From contig NIVC01002760.1 of the NCBI GenBank assembly GCA_002269645.1, positions 78,602-142,601 on the forward strand: a stretch of DNA of 64,000 nucleotides, given 5' to 3'. Made by a program: the position numbers and the translations under genes. Below the pieces are notes generated by a model. That model was not told the DNA's origin. It saw only the letters and a list, made by a program, of their open reading frames with translations, and searched no databases. Position 1 is the first letter of the stretch, and each line of letters opens with the position of its first letter. Origin of the DNA: Macrostomum lignano (Eukaryota). Shown one piece after another: positions 23,301 through 34,600 of the stretch.

Positions 23301-26300
23301 TCCGATGAATAAAAATCGCCCCTTGATTGAAAATCGCCCCATGATAAATAACCGCCTATAGAAAATAAAAATCGCTAATGATGGAAAATCGCCCTAAATG
23401 AACAAGAAGTAACCCCATGATTAAAAATCCAGCTTTCAAAAAGCAGTCAGTAAAAAACCATTAATTAAACCTTTAAAAAGTCACATTTCCCTCGAAAGAG
23501 TTTCCCCCACAAAAAATTCCCTTTTAAAATTGACATTTAAAAATTATATTTCAATCATCTGCGCAGTTTTTTGAAAATTGCGGCAAACTTTAACCTAGTT
23601 TCAACTTTTTAAGTACATGTATTACGAGCTATGTAAATTTCTTTGGTATGCAGACAGAAGGAAGGGATTGTGGTTTCTGGTTGTCATGGAAACGCCAAAA
23701 AACATTAGGACTGGGTTATATACTAAAAGTACTATAATTTTCGAACCGGGTGGTGCCTCCAGTCAATCATTGAGATAAGAATACAGCATGCATGTGGAGG
23801 AGACTAAACTACAGTAGAGGAACAAGCACGCAAGTGCATAGAGAGTCAATCCATCATGCATGCCAGTCTGCATCCGAAATGCAATATGCAAATACATGCG
23901 TGCCCTGTTCTAATTTTTTCAGCATTATTGCCTACTGCCTTGAGTTTCTTTGCTTCTATCTAAATTGAAGATGCACAGTTATAGCCTCGCTGGCTTTGTG
24001 TCTTCTATAGTTTTACTTTCGGTGTACACTTATTTTTGAAAGTAAATTTAATGCTAGTAGTAGGCTTTTACTACTTTTGTTTTTTTATTTGGAAATGCAA
24101 AGAGATCTAGGTGGGACGAAAGATAAATAAAGGGATAGAGAGAGCAGTAGAGGAAGGGAGAGAGAGGGGTAGAGGGGTAGAGGAAGGGAGAGAGCTGAGA
24201 AAGAGGGGTAGAGGAAGGGAGAGAGTGGAGAAAGAGGAGTAGAGGAAGGGAGAGAGTGGAGAAAGAGGAGTAGAGGAAGGGAGAGAGTGGAGAAAGAGGA
24301 GTAGAGGAAGGGAGAGAGAGGAGAGAGCGGTAGAGGAAGGGAGAGAGCGGAGAGAGGGGTAGAGGAAGGGAGAGAGCGGAGAAAGAGGGGTAGAGGAAGG
24401 GAGAGAGTGGAGAAAGAGGAGTAGAGGAAGGGAGAGAGTGGAGAAAGAGTGGTAGAAGTAAGGAAAGAGCGGAGAGGGGTAGGTGTATGGAGAGAGTGGA
24501 GAGAGGGGTAGAGGAAGGGAGAGAGCGGAGAAAGAGGGGTAGAGGAAGGGAGAGAGTGGAGAAAGAGGAGTAGAGGAAGGGAGAGAGTGGAGAAAGAGTG
24601 GTAGAAGTAAGGAAAGAGCGGAGAGGGGTAGGTGTATGGAGAGAGTGGAGAGAGGGGTAGAGGAAGGGAGAGAGCGGAGAAAGAGGGGTAGAGGAAGGGA
24701 GAGAGTGGAGAAAGAGTGGTAGAAGTAAGGAAAGAGCGGAGAGGGGTAGGTGTAGGGAGAGAGTGGAGAGAGAGAGCGGTAGAGGAAGGGAGAGAGCGGA
24801 GAGAGGGGTAGAGGAAGGGAGAGAGCGGAGAAAGAGGGGTAGAGGAAGGGAGAGAGTGGAGAAAGAGGAGTAGAGGAAGGGAGAGAGTGGAGAAAGAGGA
24901 GTAGAGGAAGGGAGAGAGTGGAGAAAGAGGGGTAGAGGAAGGGAGAGAGCGGAGAAAGAGGGGTAGAGGAAGGGAGAGAGTGGAGAAAGAGTGGTAGAAG
25001 TAAGGAAAGAGCGGAGAGGGGTAGGTGTAGGGAGAGAGTGGAGAGAGAGAGCGGTAGAGGAAGGGAGAGAGCGGAGAGAGGTGTAGAGGAAGGGAGAGAG
25101 CGGAGAAAGAGGGGTAGAGGAAGGGAGAGAGTGGAGAAAGAGTGGTAGAAGTAAGGAAAGAGCGGAGAGGGGTAGGTGTAGGGAGAGAGTGGAGAAAGAG
25201 GAGTAGAGGAAGGGAGAGAGTGGAGAAAGAGGGGTAGAGGAAGGGAGAGAGCGGAGAAAGAGGGGTAGAGGAAGGGAGAGAGTGGAGAAAGAGTGGTAGA
25301 AGTAAGGAAAGAGCGGAGAGGGGTAGGTGTAGGGAGAGAGTGGAGAGAGAGAGCGGTAGAGGAAGGGAGAGAGCGGAGAGAGGTGTAGAGGAAGGGAGAG
25401 AGCGGAGAAAGAGGGGTACAGGAAGGGAGAGAGTGGAGAAAGAGGAGTAGAGGAAGGGAGAGAGTGGAGAAAGAGGAGTAGAGGAAGGGAGAGAGTGGAG
25501 AAAGAGGAGTAGAGGAAGGGAGAGAGTGGAGAAAGAGGAGTAGAGGAAGGGAGAGAGTGGAGAAAGAGGAGTAGAGGAAGGGAGAGAGTGGAGAAAGAGG
25601 AGTAGAGGAAGGGAGAGAGTGGAGAAAGAGGAGTAGAGGAAGGGAGAGAGTGGAGAAAGAGGAGTAGAGGAAGGGAGAGAGTGGAGAAAGAGGGGTAGAG
25701 GAAGGGAGAGAGCTGAGAAAGAGGGGTAGAGGAAGGGAGAGAGTGGAGAAAGAAGAGTAGAGGAAGGGAGAGAGTGGAGAAAGAGGAGTAGAGGAAGGGA
25801 GAGAGTGGAGAAAGAGGAGTAGAGGAAGGGAGAGAGAGGAGAGAGCGGTAGAGGAAGGGAGAGAGCGGAAAGAGGGGTAGAGGAAGGGAGAGAGCGGAGA
25901 AAGAGGGGTAGAGGAAGGGAGAGAGTGGAGAAAGAGGAGTAGAGGAAGGGAGAGAGTGGAGAAAGAGTGGTAGAAGTAAGGAAAGAGCGGAGAGGGGTAG
26001 GTGTATGGAGAGAGTGGAGAGAGGGGTAGAGGAAGGGAGAGAGCGGAGAAGAGGGGTAGAGGAAGGGAGAGAGCGGAGAAAGGGGGGTAGAGGAAGGGAG
26101 AGAGTGGAGAAAGAGGAGTAGAGGAAGGGAGAGAGTGGAGAAAGAGGAGTAGAGGAAGGGAGAGAGTGGAGAAAGAGGAGTAGAGGAAGGGAGAGAGTGG
26201 AGAAAGAGGAGTAGAGGAAGGGAGAGAGTGGAGAAAGAGGAGTAGAGGAAGGGAGAGAGTGGAGAAAGAGGAGTAGAGGAAGGGAGAGAGAGGAGAGAGG

Positions 26301-29251
26301 GGTAGAGGAAGGGAGAGAGCGGAGAAAGGGGGGTAGAGGAAGGGAGAGAGTGGAGAAAGAGGAGTAGAGGAAGGGAGAGAGTGGAGAAAGAGTGGTAGAA
26401 GTAAGGAAAGAGCGGAGAGGGGTAGGTGTAGGGAGAGAGTGGAGAGAGAGAGCGGTAGAGGAAGGGAGAGAGCGGAGAGAGGTGTAGAGGAAGGGAGAGA
26501 GCGGAGAAAGGGGGGTAGAGGAAGGGAGAGAGTGGAGAAAGAGGAGTAGAGGAAGGGAGAAAGTGGAGAAAGAGGGGTAGAGGAAGGGAGAGAGAGGAGA
26601 GAGGGGTAGAGGAAGGGAGAGAGAGGAGAGAGGGGTAGAGGAAGGGAGAGAGCGGAGAAAGGGGGGTAGAGGAAGGGAGAGAGTGGAGAAAGAGGAGTAG
26701 AGGAAGGGAGAGAGAGGAGAGAGGGGTAGAGGAAGGGAGAGAGTGGAGAAAGAGTGGTAGAAGTAAGGAAAGAGCGGAGAGGGGTAGGTGTAGGGAGAGA
26801 GTTGAGAGAGAGAGCGGTAGAGGAAGGGAGAGAGCGGAGAGAGGTGTAGAGGAAGGGAGAGAGCGGAGAAAGAGGGGTAGAGGAAGGGAGAGAGTGGAGA
26901 AAGAGGAGTAGAGGAAGGGAGAGAGTGGAGAAAGAGGGGTAGAGGAAGGGAGAGAGAGGAGAGAGGGGTAGAGGAAGGGAGAGAGAGGAGAGAGGGGTAG
27001 AGGAAGGGAGAGAGCGGAGAAAGGGGGGTAGAGGAAGGGAGAGAGTGGAGAAAGAGGAGTAGAGGAAGGGAGAGAGTGGAGAAAGAGGAGTAGAGGAAGG
27101 GAGAGAGTGGAGAAAGAGGAGTAGAGGAAGGGAGAGAGTGGAGAAAGAGGAGTAGAGGAAGGGAGAGAGTGGAGAAAGAGGAGTAGAGGAAGGGAGAGAG
27201 TGGAGAAAGAGGAGTAGAGGAAGGGAGAGAGTGGAGAAAGAGGAGTAGAGGAAGGGAGAGAGTGAAGAAAGAGGAGTAGAGGAAGGGAGAGAGTGGAGAA
27301 AGAGTGGTAGAAGTAAGGATAGAGCGGAGAGAGAGAGAGAAGGGTAGAGGAAAGGGAGAGCGGAGAGAGAGAAGGAAAATGAGTGAGCGCCAGCGGAGAC
27401 AGGGGTGGCTCTTTGGAGAGAGGCTAAAGGAGGGAAAGGGTGAGGCATTTGACTGTAAAATCTCATTGTCAAACCATATTGCAGTGTTGTACAATTTTTT
27501 ACTACTCGTACCCTTTCAATCTTAAATTCAGGAGCTCACTGACTGGAATTCCAGAATCCATCAAGCTGTTAAACGGAAGGCATTGAGCTTGAGCATGACA
27601 TTGAGCTGTCGTTATACATTGAAACTCAGTCCTAACACTGCTATATACTCTAAGAGAAATTTATTGGGTAAAATGACAGCAGAACACAAGGTTGAAGTAT
27701 CAGAACCATTCAAAATTACAAGGGATGCATAACTTTATTTGGCTATTGAATTTTAATTGAAAGCCTACCTGGATCTTTTAATTGAGTTCTGAGTATTCTT
27801 TTAATATTATGTTTATTGAAATACTTGTTTCGGCGCTACTAGTGTCTGTTCTGGCGCTACTGGTGTCTGTCTTGGCGCTACTAGTGTCTGTTGTGGCGCT
27901 ACTAGTGTCTGTTGTGGCGCTACTGGTGTCTGTTCTGGCGCTACTGGTTTCTGTTGTTGCGCTACTGGTGTCTGTTCTGGCGCTACTGGTGTCTGTTCTG
28001 GCGCTACTAGTGTCTGTTGTGGCGCTACTAGTGTCTGTTGTGGCGCTACTAGTGTCTGTTGTGGCGCTACTAGTGTCTGTTTTGGCGCTACTGGTGTCTG
28101 TTGTTTTGGCTTTACTAGTGTCTGTTGTGGCGCTACTAGTGTCTGTTCTGGCGCTATTAGTGTCTGTTGTTTTGGCGCTACTAGTGTCTGTTGTGGCGCT
28201 ACTAGTGTCTGTTCTGGCGCTATTAGTGTCTGTTGTTTTGGCGCTACTAGTGTCTGTTGTGGCGCTACTAGTGTCTGTTCTGGCGCTACTAGTGTCTGTT
28301 CTGGCGCTACTAGTGTCTGTTCTGGCGCTACTAGTGTCTGTTCTGGCGCTATTAGTGTCTGTTGTTTTGGCGCTACTAGTGTCTGTTGTGGCGCTACTAG
28401 TATCTGTTCTGGCGCTACTAGTGTCTGTTGTTTTGGCGCTACTAGTTTCTGTTCTGGCGCTACTAGTGTCTGTTCTGGCGCTACTAGTGTCTGTTGTTTT
28501 GGCGCTACTAGTGTCTGTTCTGGCGCTACTAGTGTCTGTTCTGCCGCTACTAGTGTCTGTCTTGGCGCTGCTAGTGTCTGCTGTCTGCTGGCGCTATTAA
28601 TTAGACTCTCTCATTCAGCTTTCCACTTGATCTCTTTATTATATTGAACTCATCACAAATACCCGATGGACATTAATACCTAAATAAAAGAAGTCGGACA
28701 GCAAAATTTCTCTGAGGCAGATGGTCGGAAATGCAGCAATGACAGCCTCCATAATTGCTAAGCCCCGAGGTCCGGAACCGGAAGCGAATATTGGCAGGCA
28801 GTTGATAGCTGAGGGGAGACTGCGGATGCTGGGTGGGGATGAGAGGCGGATTTTGTTGAGCCCCAGCTGCTGCTGACTCACGGCGGCATCTGCCTGGCCG
28901 GCTTTGGGTGGAAGCCACTCACGATTAACTACTCAGTGCTGCTGAATCAGCTGTGCACTTGAGCACTGGGGACTGCTGACTTAGAGGGGTGACAGCGGTG
29001 GAGATAGGCACTAAGACAGACAGAAACTTAGAGGCAGACAGACAGACAGACAGACAGGCTGACAGACCGACAGACAGGCAGACACACTAAGGCGGACAGA
29101 CAGGCGGACAGACAAACAGACAGACAGACAGATAGACAGACACTTGGAGGCGGACAGACAGACACTATGACAGACACTAAGACAGACAGACACTAAGACA
29201 GACAGACACTAAGACAGACGGACGGACGGACAGACAGACAGACAGACACTA

Positions 29252-29307
<56 letters not shown>

Positions 29308-29419
29308 GGACAGACAAACCGACAGACAGACAGACAGACGCTTGGAGGCGGACAGACAGACACTATGACAGACACTAAGACAGACGGACACTAAGACAGA
29401 CAGACAGACAGACAGACAC

Positions 29420-29466
<47 letters not shown>

Positions 29467-32400
29467 CACAGACAGACACACAGACAGACAGACAAACAGA
29501 CAGACACACAGACAGACACACAGACAGACAGACACTAGGAGACAATCAAGCTTGCATAAATTCCCATGATTAAAACAAGCCCTAACAGAAATTCGACAAA
29601 GCATAGCTACCATGCAGACAAGACTTCCCTCATTCATGCTGGCTAGTTTGTAATCCAAAAATAACCCAGGTGCAAAGGTTCGCAGACAGCTTTGGCCCTC
29701 ACCAAGGCAATAGAGATTTCGTGGAGGTTTCGAACGCCACTTGCCCGCCCACCCTCCAATCATCTTAAAGGAACTAGCCGTTAGGATACCGCCTAAAAAC
29801 TGCTGGATGCGGCAGAACAGACTTTCCAGCTGGGCAGTACAGGAGAATTCGGATCCGTCCTAGTCACTCTGTACTTTTACTCTCTCCTTCCATCGTTCCC
29901 TTGTCGGCAGCCAATGGGAGTTTACGGTATGATTGACTGGAAGATAACCATCAGGCTTACTAAGGTTGGCCGCGTTATTCGTAGCCCCTAGCAACCAGAA
30001 ACCGAAGTACCTACTCAAACATACAGTATATAACTCCCCTAGATACAGTGCAAGCCTCATCTTGTTTACTCGACAAACTTGAGACCCCACAGTCAACTCG
30101 TTTTTTTAGATTGATTGATTGATTGCCGAAGCCAGTCACCAAGTCTGACCGAAGTTTGAGTAGCTTAAGTGGAAAAATTGAATGCCGCCCTGATTAGGAA
30201 GCGATCAAGTGAAACGAATTAGCTGTGTAGGACTGCACTGAGTACACATGCTCGTAGCTACTCTGAAGTACTCAACTATGAAAACTGGACGACAGTCTCC
30301 TTGAGAGTAGATCGCGTCAATTTGTATTTGGGGTTGACCGACCGAGCGATAAGAACCAACCATCCAAGTAGTCCGCAGACTCGCATGCATGCATCAGCAC
30401 TGAGGTACAGAGTCTGACTGACTATCGAGCAACTAAGACCCCTGGTTAAGATTCCCAATTTGACACTTGGCAACGAAAATTAAATTGTCTAGGAGGGGGG
30501 GGGGTTTCACAGAGCTCAGAGTGACATGCCTGACGATTAGCAAGTCACATTGGGCCACTGTAACCCTGTGTGAGTGTGTGAATGAGTGCGCGCTTTTATG
30601 TCCTCAATAGTCAAGCGGAATCGAATATTTATTGTTTCGAGTAAGTATTGTAACCATGGCAACGTTAGCTCACCCGGTAGTACTGCCAGGCCATTTCTCG
30701 CTCCGCTAGCATAGCAGCCGTCTCCTCATCCGTGAGCACATTGTCGCCCAGCTTCACCTGCCAACGCAGCTGGTTTTGCCTCTCGTCGTAGACATTCTGC
30801 GTCACCTCCTGTTCGAACACAGCCTCCTTCATCTGGCGCGAAGCTGACAGACCGGTTGCAGAGTTCTCCAGCGCGTCTCTGAGCTCCTTCATCTTGAGCC
30901 GGCCCTGCTTCTGGTTGAGCACCTGGGCAACAGCGAAGGGACTGCGAAGGTGCGGCGGAATTCGAAGACCGTTGCGTTCCACGGGTTGACGAACTCGCGG
31001 CTGTGGCAGAGACAACTGTTGCTGCTTTGAGGCGGCTCCTTGTGTTTTTTGTCGCTGCTGCTGCTTCTGCAGGGACTCTTGGCTGGCTCGCAGTTTGTTC
31101 CTTCGCGCACGTTCCAACGGTGAGAAAGCCCTGGGGTCCAGGCTCTGCTGCAGGGCCGCCGGGTCGCTGGGGTCCTCAAGGCCGTACATTTGGTACACCT
31201 GGTCGCGCTCCATTCCCGGAGCCGAGTGGCCCATCAGGTGGCAGGTGAGCGGGGCGAAGTTGAACTGCGACACCCGCAGCTCCATGGTCATCTCGGCGGT
31301 GACGAAGTCGATCGGGGCGAAGGTCACAGCAATGTCAACCTCGCCGTCAGCTGGAATCGAACCGCTGAGCGGCTCCACGGTGAACACCGGATTAGGATGG
31401 GTAATCTTGATCTCGAATTCGAACTCAACCGGAGCTCGAGAGCGTAGCGGAATGATCTGAGTGCGCCGGTAACCAACCGGTATTGCCGGGAATTTCACCT
31501 GCTTGGGGAACTCGTTGTAGCCCAGGACTGGGTAGGCGTGGATCGGGATGATCAGATTGTTCTTGTCGTCCTGCGAGAGGTTGTTCGGTGCAAAAATGGT
31601 TCATAAGTACACATCGGAACACAACCTGTCTAAAGTTATCTACACTTGAAAAAATCCGTCCCTACGGACATGGCTGGCCATAGACTATCGCTGTCCTTTT
31701 TAACACCCAGCAATGCGATGCCTTTACAGCCGAGAAGGGAGCGGGACAGGACTAGCATTGCTGACAATTCTCTGGACCATCTTACACACCTCAGGCTTGT
31801 CTACAGAAGCACGAAGCCTGATACTGCAGAATGCTAGCGGTTGTAGCCTGATGGTTAGAGCGTCGGACTCACGACTGAAGGATCGAGTCGGGGGGGGGGG
31901 TTCGAATCTCGACTCAACTAGGAACAATTTGTGTCCTTGAGCAAGACACTTAACTTACCAGCATTAGGAGGTACTCAGATAAGCTGGGGTGTAATTGAGG
32001 ATGTGTGGGACCCCCCCCCCCTTCCAGTCCTTGGACTGAACAGCCGTACGCAGCCTTCAGATGCGCCGCGCAATAGCTGCGGCTGAGCTGTTGGTTGCAC
32101 CTATTCCAGAACTGAGTCAAATAATGTATTGAATTCAATTACGAGACGCAACTCTCTACTCACCTTGCTGTGAATCCGCAGCGCGTCGTAGTAGTACCGC
32201 ACCTCGGTGGGCTTAAACTCCAGCACGCACTGGACAGCAAAGCCGGGCACCAGCCGATCCCGCTTCTCATAGGTCAGCTTGAAAAACGGCGTCTCAGGAG
32301 GTAGGATGTGAAATCTGGTCACCTCGGTGCTGACGTTGGCGAATTTCACTTTGCGCACGTGGATTTGATTCGGCGTGAAGCCGGCAAAGTGCACGACGGC

Positions 32401-32798
32401 TGGGTGCGCTTCTACGATGGCGTTGCGGCCCATCTTGTTGAAGATCTCTGAGTGAATGCGGGGCGTGCGAGAGGCTCGATGAGCTATAGCAAAGACTCAA
32501 AGGCGCGCGAAAATTTCCTCGTCCGTACAGAGTTCACAACTATGTCCGAGGACTCAACTTAAAGCTCTCAATACAATAGCTCGTACAGAACTCATCCATA
32601 GCTATCACAAGACAGACAGACACTAAGACACTAAGACACTAAGACGCTAAGACAGACGGACACTAAGGCGCTAAAACAGACGGACACTAAGACTTTAAGA
32701 CACTAAGACAATGAGATAAGACACTAAGACAGACAGACAGACACTAAGACACTAAGACAGATAGACAGACAGACAGACAGACAGGCAGGCAGGCAGGC

Positions 32799-32835
<37 letters not shown>

Positions 32836-32874
32836 GGCAGGCAGACAGACAGACAGACAGACAGGCAGGCAGGC

Positions 32875-32939
<65 letters not shown>

Positions 32940-33203
32940 CAGACAGACAGACAGTTGGAGAAAGTTAAGAGGTGAAAAATGTTAGGCCTTACGCGTATCA
33001 AGGAAGTAGTTGGGCACAGGGCGCCTGCCAGTCTCCGGCTCCGCAAACAGGTCGTCTCTGTCGACGAGCAGCTGCCGCGGCTCCTGACCCTGCTGCTCCT
33101 CCTGCTCATCCTCCTGCAGCAGCTCGCTGTTGGCATCCTTGAGCCCGCCAGAGCTGGCAACGGACAGTGTGGGAGCCAAGGCCAAGCCTCCAGACTCCGA
33201 CAT
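19233..33203 (-). CDS. CFAP221: Cilia- and flagella-associated protein 221 (PCDP1), about 941 aa; complement(join(19233..19767,20397..20997,22693..22990,30674..31570,32164..32447,32993..33203))
   Basis: Contains [11 protein letters not shown]...[26 protein letters not shown]...[12 protein letters not shown]|[55 protein letters not shown] and [30 protein letters not shown], all recognisable CFAP221 motifs. All introns are GT-AG, phases are consistent, and the total is 2826 nt. Confidence 0.9.
19795..20390. repeat. (CTAA)n microsatellite filling CFAP221 intron 5
   Basis: Direct reading; CTAG and CTGA variants are present. Confidence 0.97.
21215..21570. repeat. About 19-bp minisatellite (GGGGTCCAGGTTGGGATTA)
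   Basis: Direct reading; lies in CFAP221 intron 4. Confidence 0.85.
22165..22565. repeat. Degenerate tandem repeat with GTTGCTAGG core
   Basis: Recurrent gttgctaggg/gttgctaagg about every 20-40 bp. Confidence 0.75.
23045..23425. repeat. 18-bp minisatellite (AAAAATCGCCCCATGAAT)
   Basis: Direct reading; 6-aa periodic ORF NKNRPM. Confidence 0.9.
24130..27375. repeat. Purine-rich 31-bp satellite (GAGAAAGAGGAGTAGAGGAAGGGAGAGAGTG) with recurring longer variant blocks, 3.2 kb
   Basis: The period of 31 is readable at 25501-25680. The 1146-aa and 1121-aa ORFs are artefacts of this repeat. Confidence 0.96.
27830..28590. repeat. 21/24-bp minisatellite (CTGGCGCTACTAGTGTCTGTT)
   Basis: Direct reading; explains the LLVSVLA ORF. 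Confidence 0.96.
29010..29540. repeat. (GACA)n microsatellite
   Basis: Direct reading. Confidence 0.96.
31837..32135 (+). mobile_element. tRNA-derived CORE-like SINE (copy 2), antisense in CFAP221 intron 2
   Basis: A-box-like tagcctgatgg, B-box ggttcgaatc, CORE-like gtgtccttgagcaagacacttaac, and a 3' block shared with 204-500. Confidence 0.8.
32605..32955. repeat. (GACA)n/(GACACTAA)n microsatellite in CFAP221 intron 1
   Basis: Direct reading. Confidence 0.95.
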
Positions 33204-33439
33204 GATTTGTTTTGATCAGTAATTGTTCTATGCTAAATTGTTACTTGAAAGTTAAACAGTTCAACGTTGTGACGTCATCAGAGTCCAGCTGGCAGAAATG
33301 TTGGTTGTATAAGACATTTTTGGCAATGGTTTGTAATTTCAAAAGCTCGAAATGTCACATCGTCACAATCGTTTAAACTATTAGATAGCACAAGCGAAGT
33401 ACAAGACTACTGGGCACTTACCCTGCGGAAACGGGGGAG

Positions 33440-33890
33440 GGGAACACCTGAGGGGATATACCAGAAAAGATATACCGGAATAGATATACCGGAGAAGATA
33501 TACCAGAGGAGATATACCGGAGGGGATATACCGAAGGGGATATACCGGAGGAGATATACCGGGGGATACGAGTATACCGGAGGGGAGATACCGGAGGAGA
33601 TATACCGGAGGGGATATACCGGAGGAGATATACCGGAGGAGATATACCGGAGTGGATATACCGGAGGGGATATACCGGAGGGGATATACCGGAGGGGATA
33701 TACCGGAGGGGATATACCGGAGGGGATATACCGGAGGAGATATACCGGAGGAGATATACCGGAGTGGATATACCGGAGTGGATATACCGGAGGGGATATA
33801 CCGGAGGGGATATACCGGAGGGGATATACCGGAGTGGATATGCCGGAGGGGATATATCGGAGGGGAAACGCCGGAGGAGAAATAACCGAA
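33440..33890. repeat. 14-bp minisatellite (CCGGAGGGGATATA) upstream of CFAP221
   Basis: The period of 14 is readable at 33661-33730. Confidence 0.95.
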
Positions 33891-34600
33891 AGCCCCAGCA
33901 AAAACTAAGTCACGTGAGTTAGTTAATCGATACTAAGTTTATTGCATGCCTCGAACTTTGAGTGTTGATTACGACTCCATAGATCACCCAAGCGGAGCAG
34001 CTGAGCTTATCGCTGATATTAAATTTTTGCCCTCAATTGCAACGTCCTACACTTGGGCCATAACGCTGTGTAGGCGTTGAGAGTTCGTTGAGAGTTGAGT
34101 GTGACCGCGGTTTATTTATTAATCACGGTAACCCCACCTCGTCTCGTTTCTGTTTATCGTTAGATGTAGCAGGCATTTTTGGGTTTATGACCTCTGTGTC
34201 CCAAAAAAATAACTCACCACTTAGGAATATTAGGTGCAGATTCATTTATGAGGAATTACAAATGTAATATTTTTGACACAGAATATTAAATGGCTGCTGT
34301 AATTTTGACCATACATCTAACTTAAAGCCTTATAGACTTATTCCAATTTCACATTCAAAGATGAATTAATTTTTAAATCGAGCAAAAAACTCTTTAGACA
34401 AATAACAATTTTCAAAAGTTCGACTTGAATTGATCTACAAAAACCCACGGAAAAGTCTACACAGTCGGCTTCAACCTCGAAACTGGACAAGCCTGCACCT
34501 CGGAAAAAAACATTTTTGCATCTGCGAGGCTACAACCGCCACCGCTGCCGGTTTTCAAATATACAGTCTGACGGCTTTCTATCTATCCGGCAGCATTGAA

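Noticed and set aside
24054-27494. 1146-aa and 1121-aa Leu/Ser/Pro-rich ORFs
   Set aside because: Stop-free translation of a pyrimidine-rich satellite strand inside CFAP221 intron 3; no domain content.
27782-28600. 272-aa hydrophobic LLVSVLA ORF resembling a membrane protein
   Set aside because: A 21-bp minisatellite read in frame.
31837-31915. tRNA gene
   Set aside because: A and B boxes are present, but there is no complete cloverleaf, a poly-G insertion interrupts it, and it continues into SINE body sequence.
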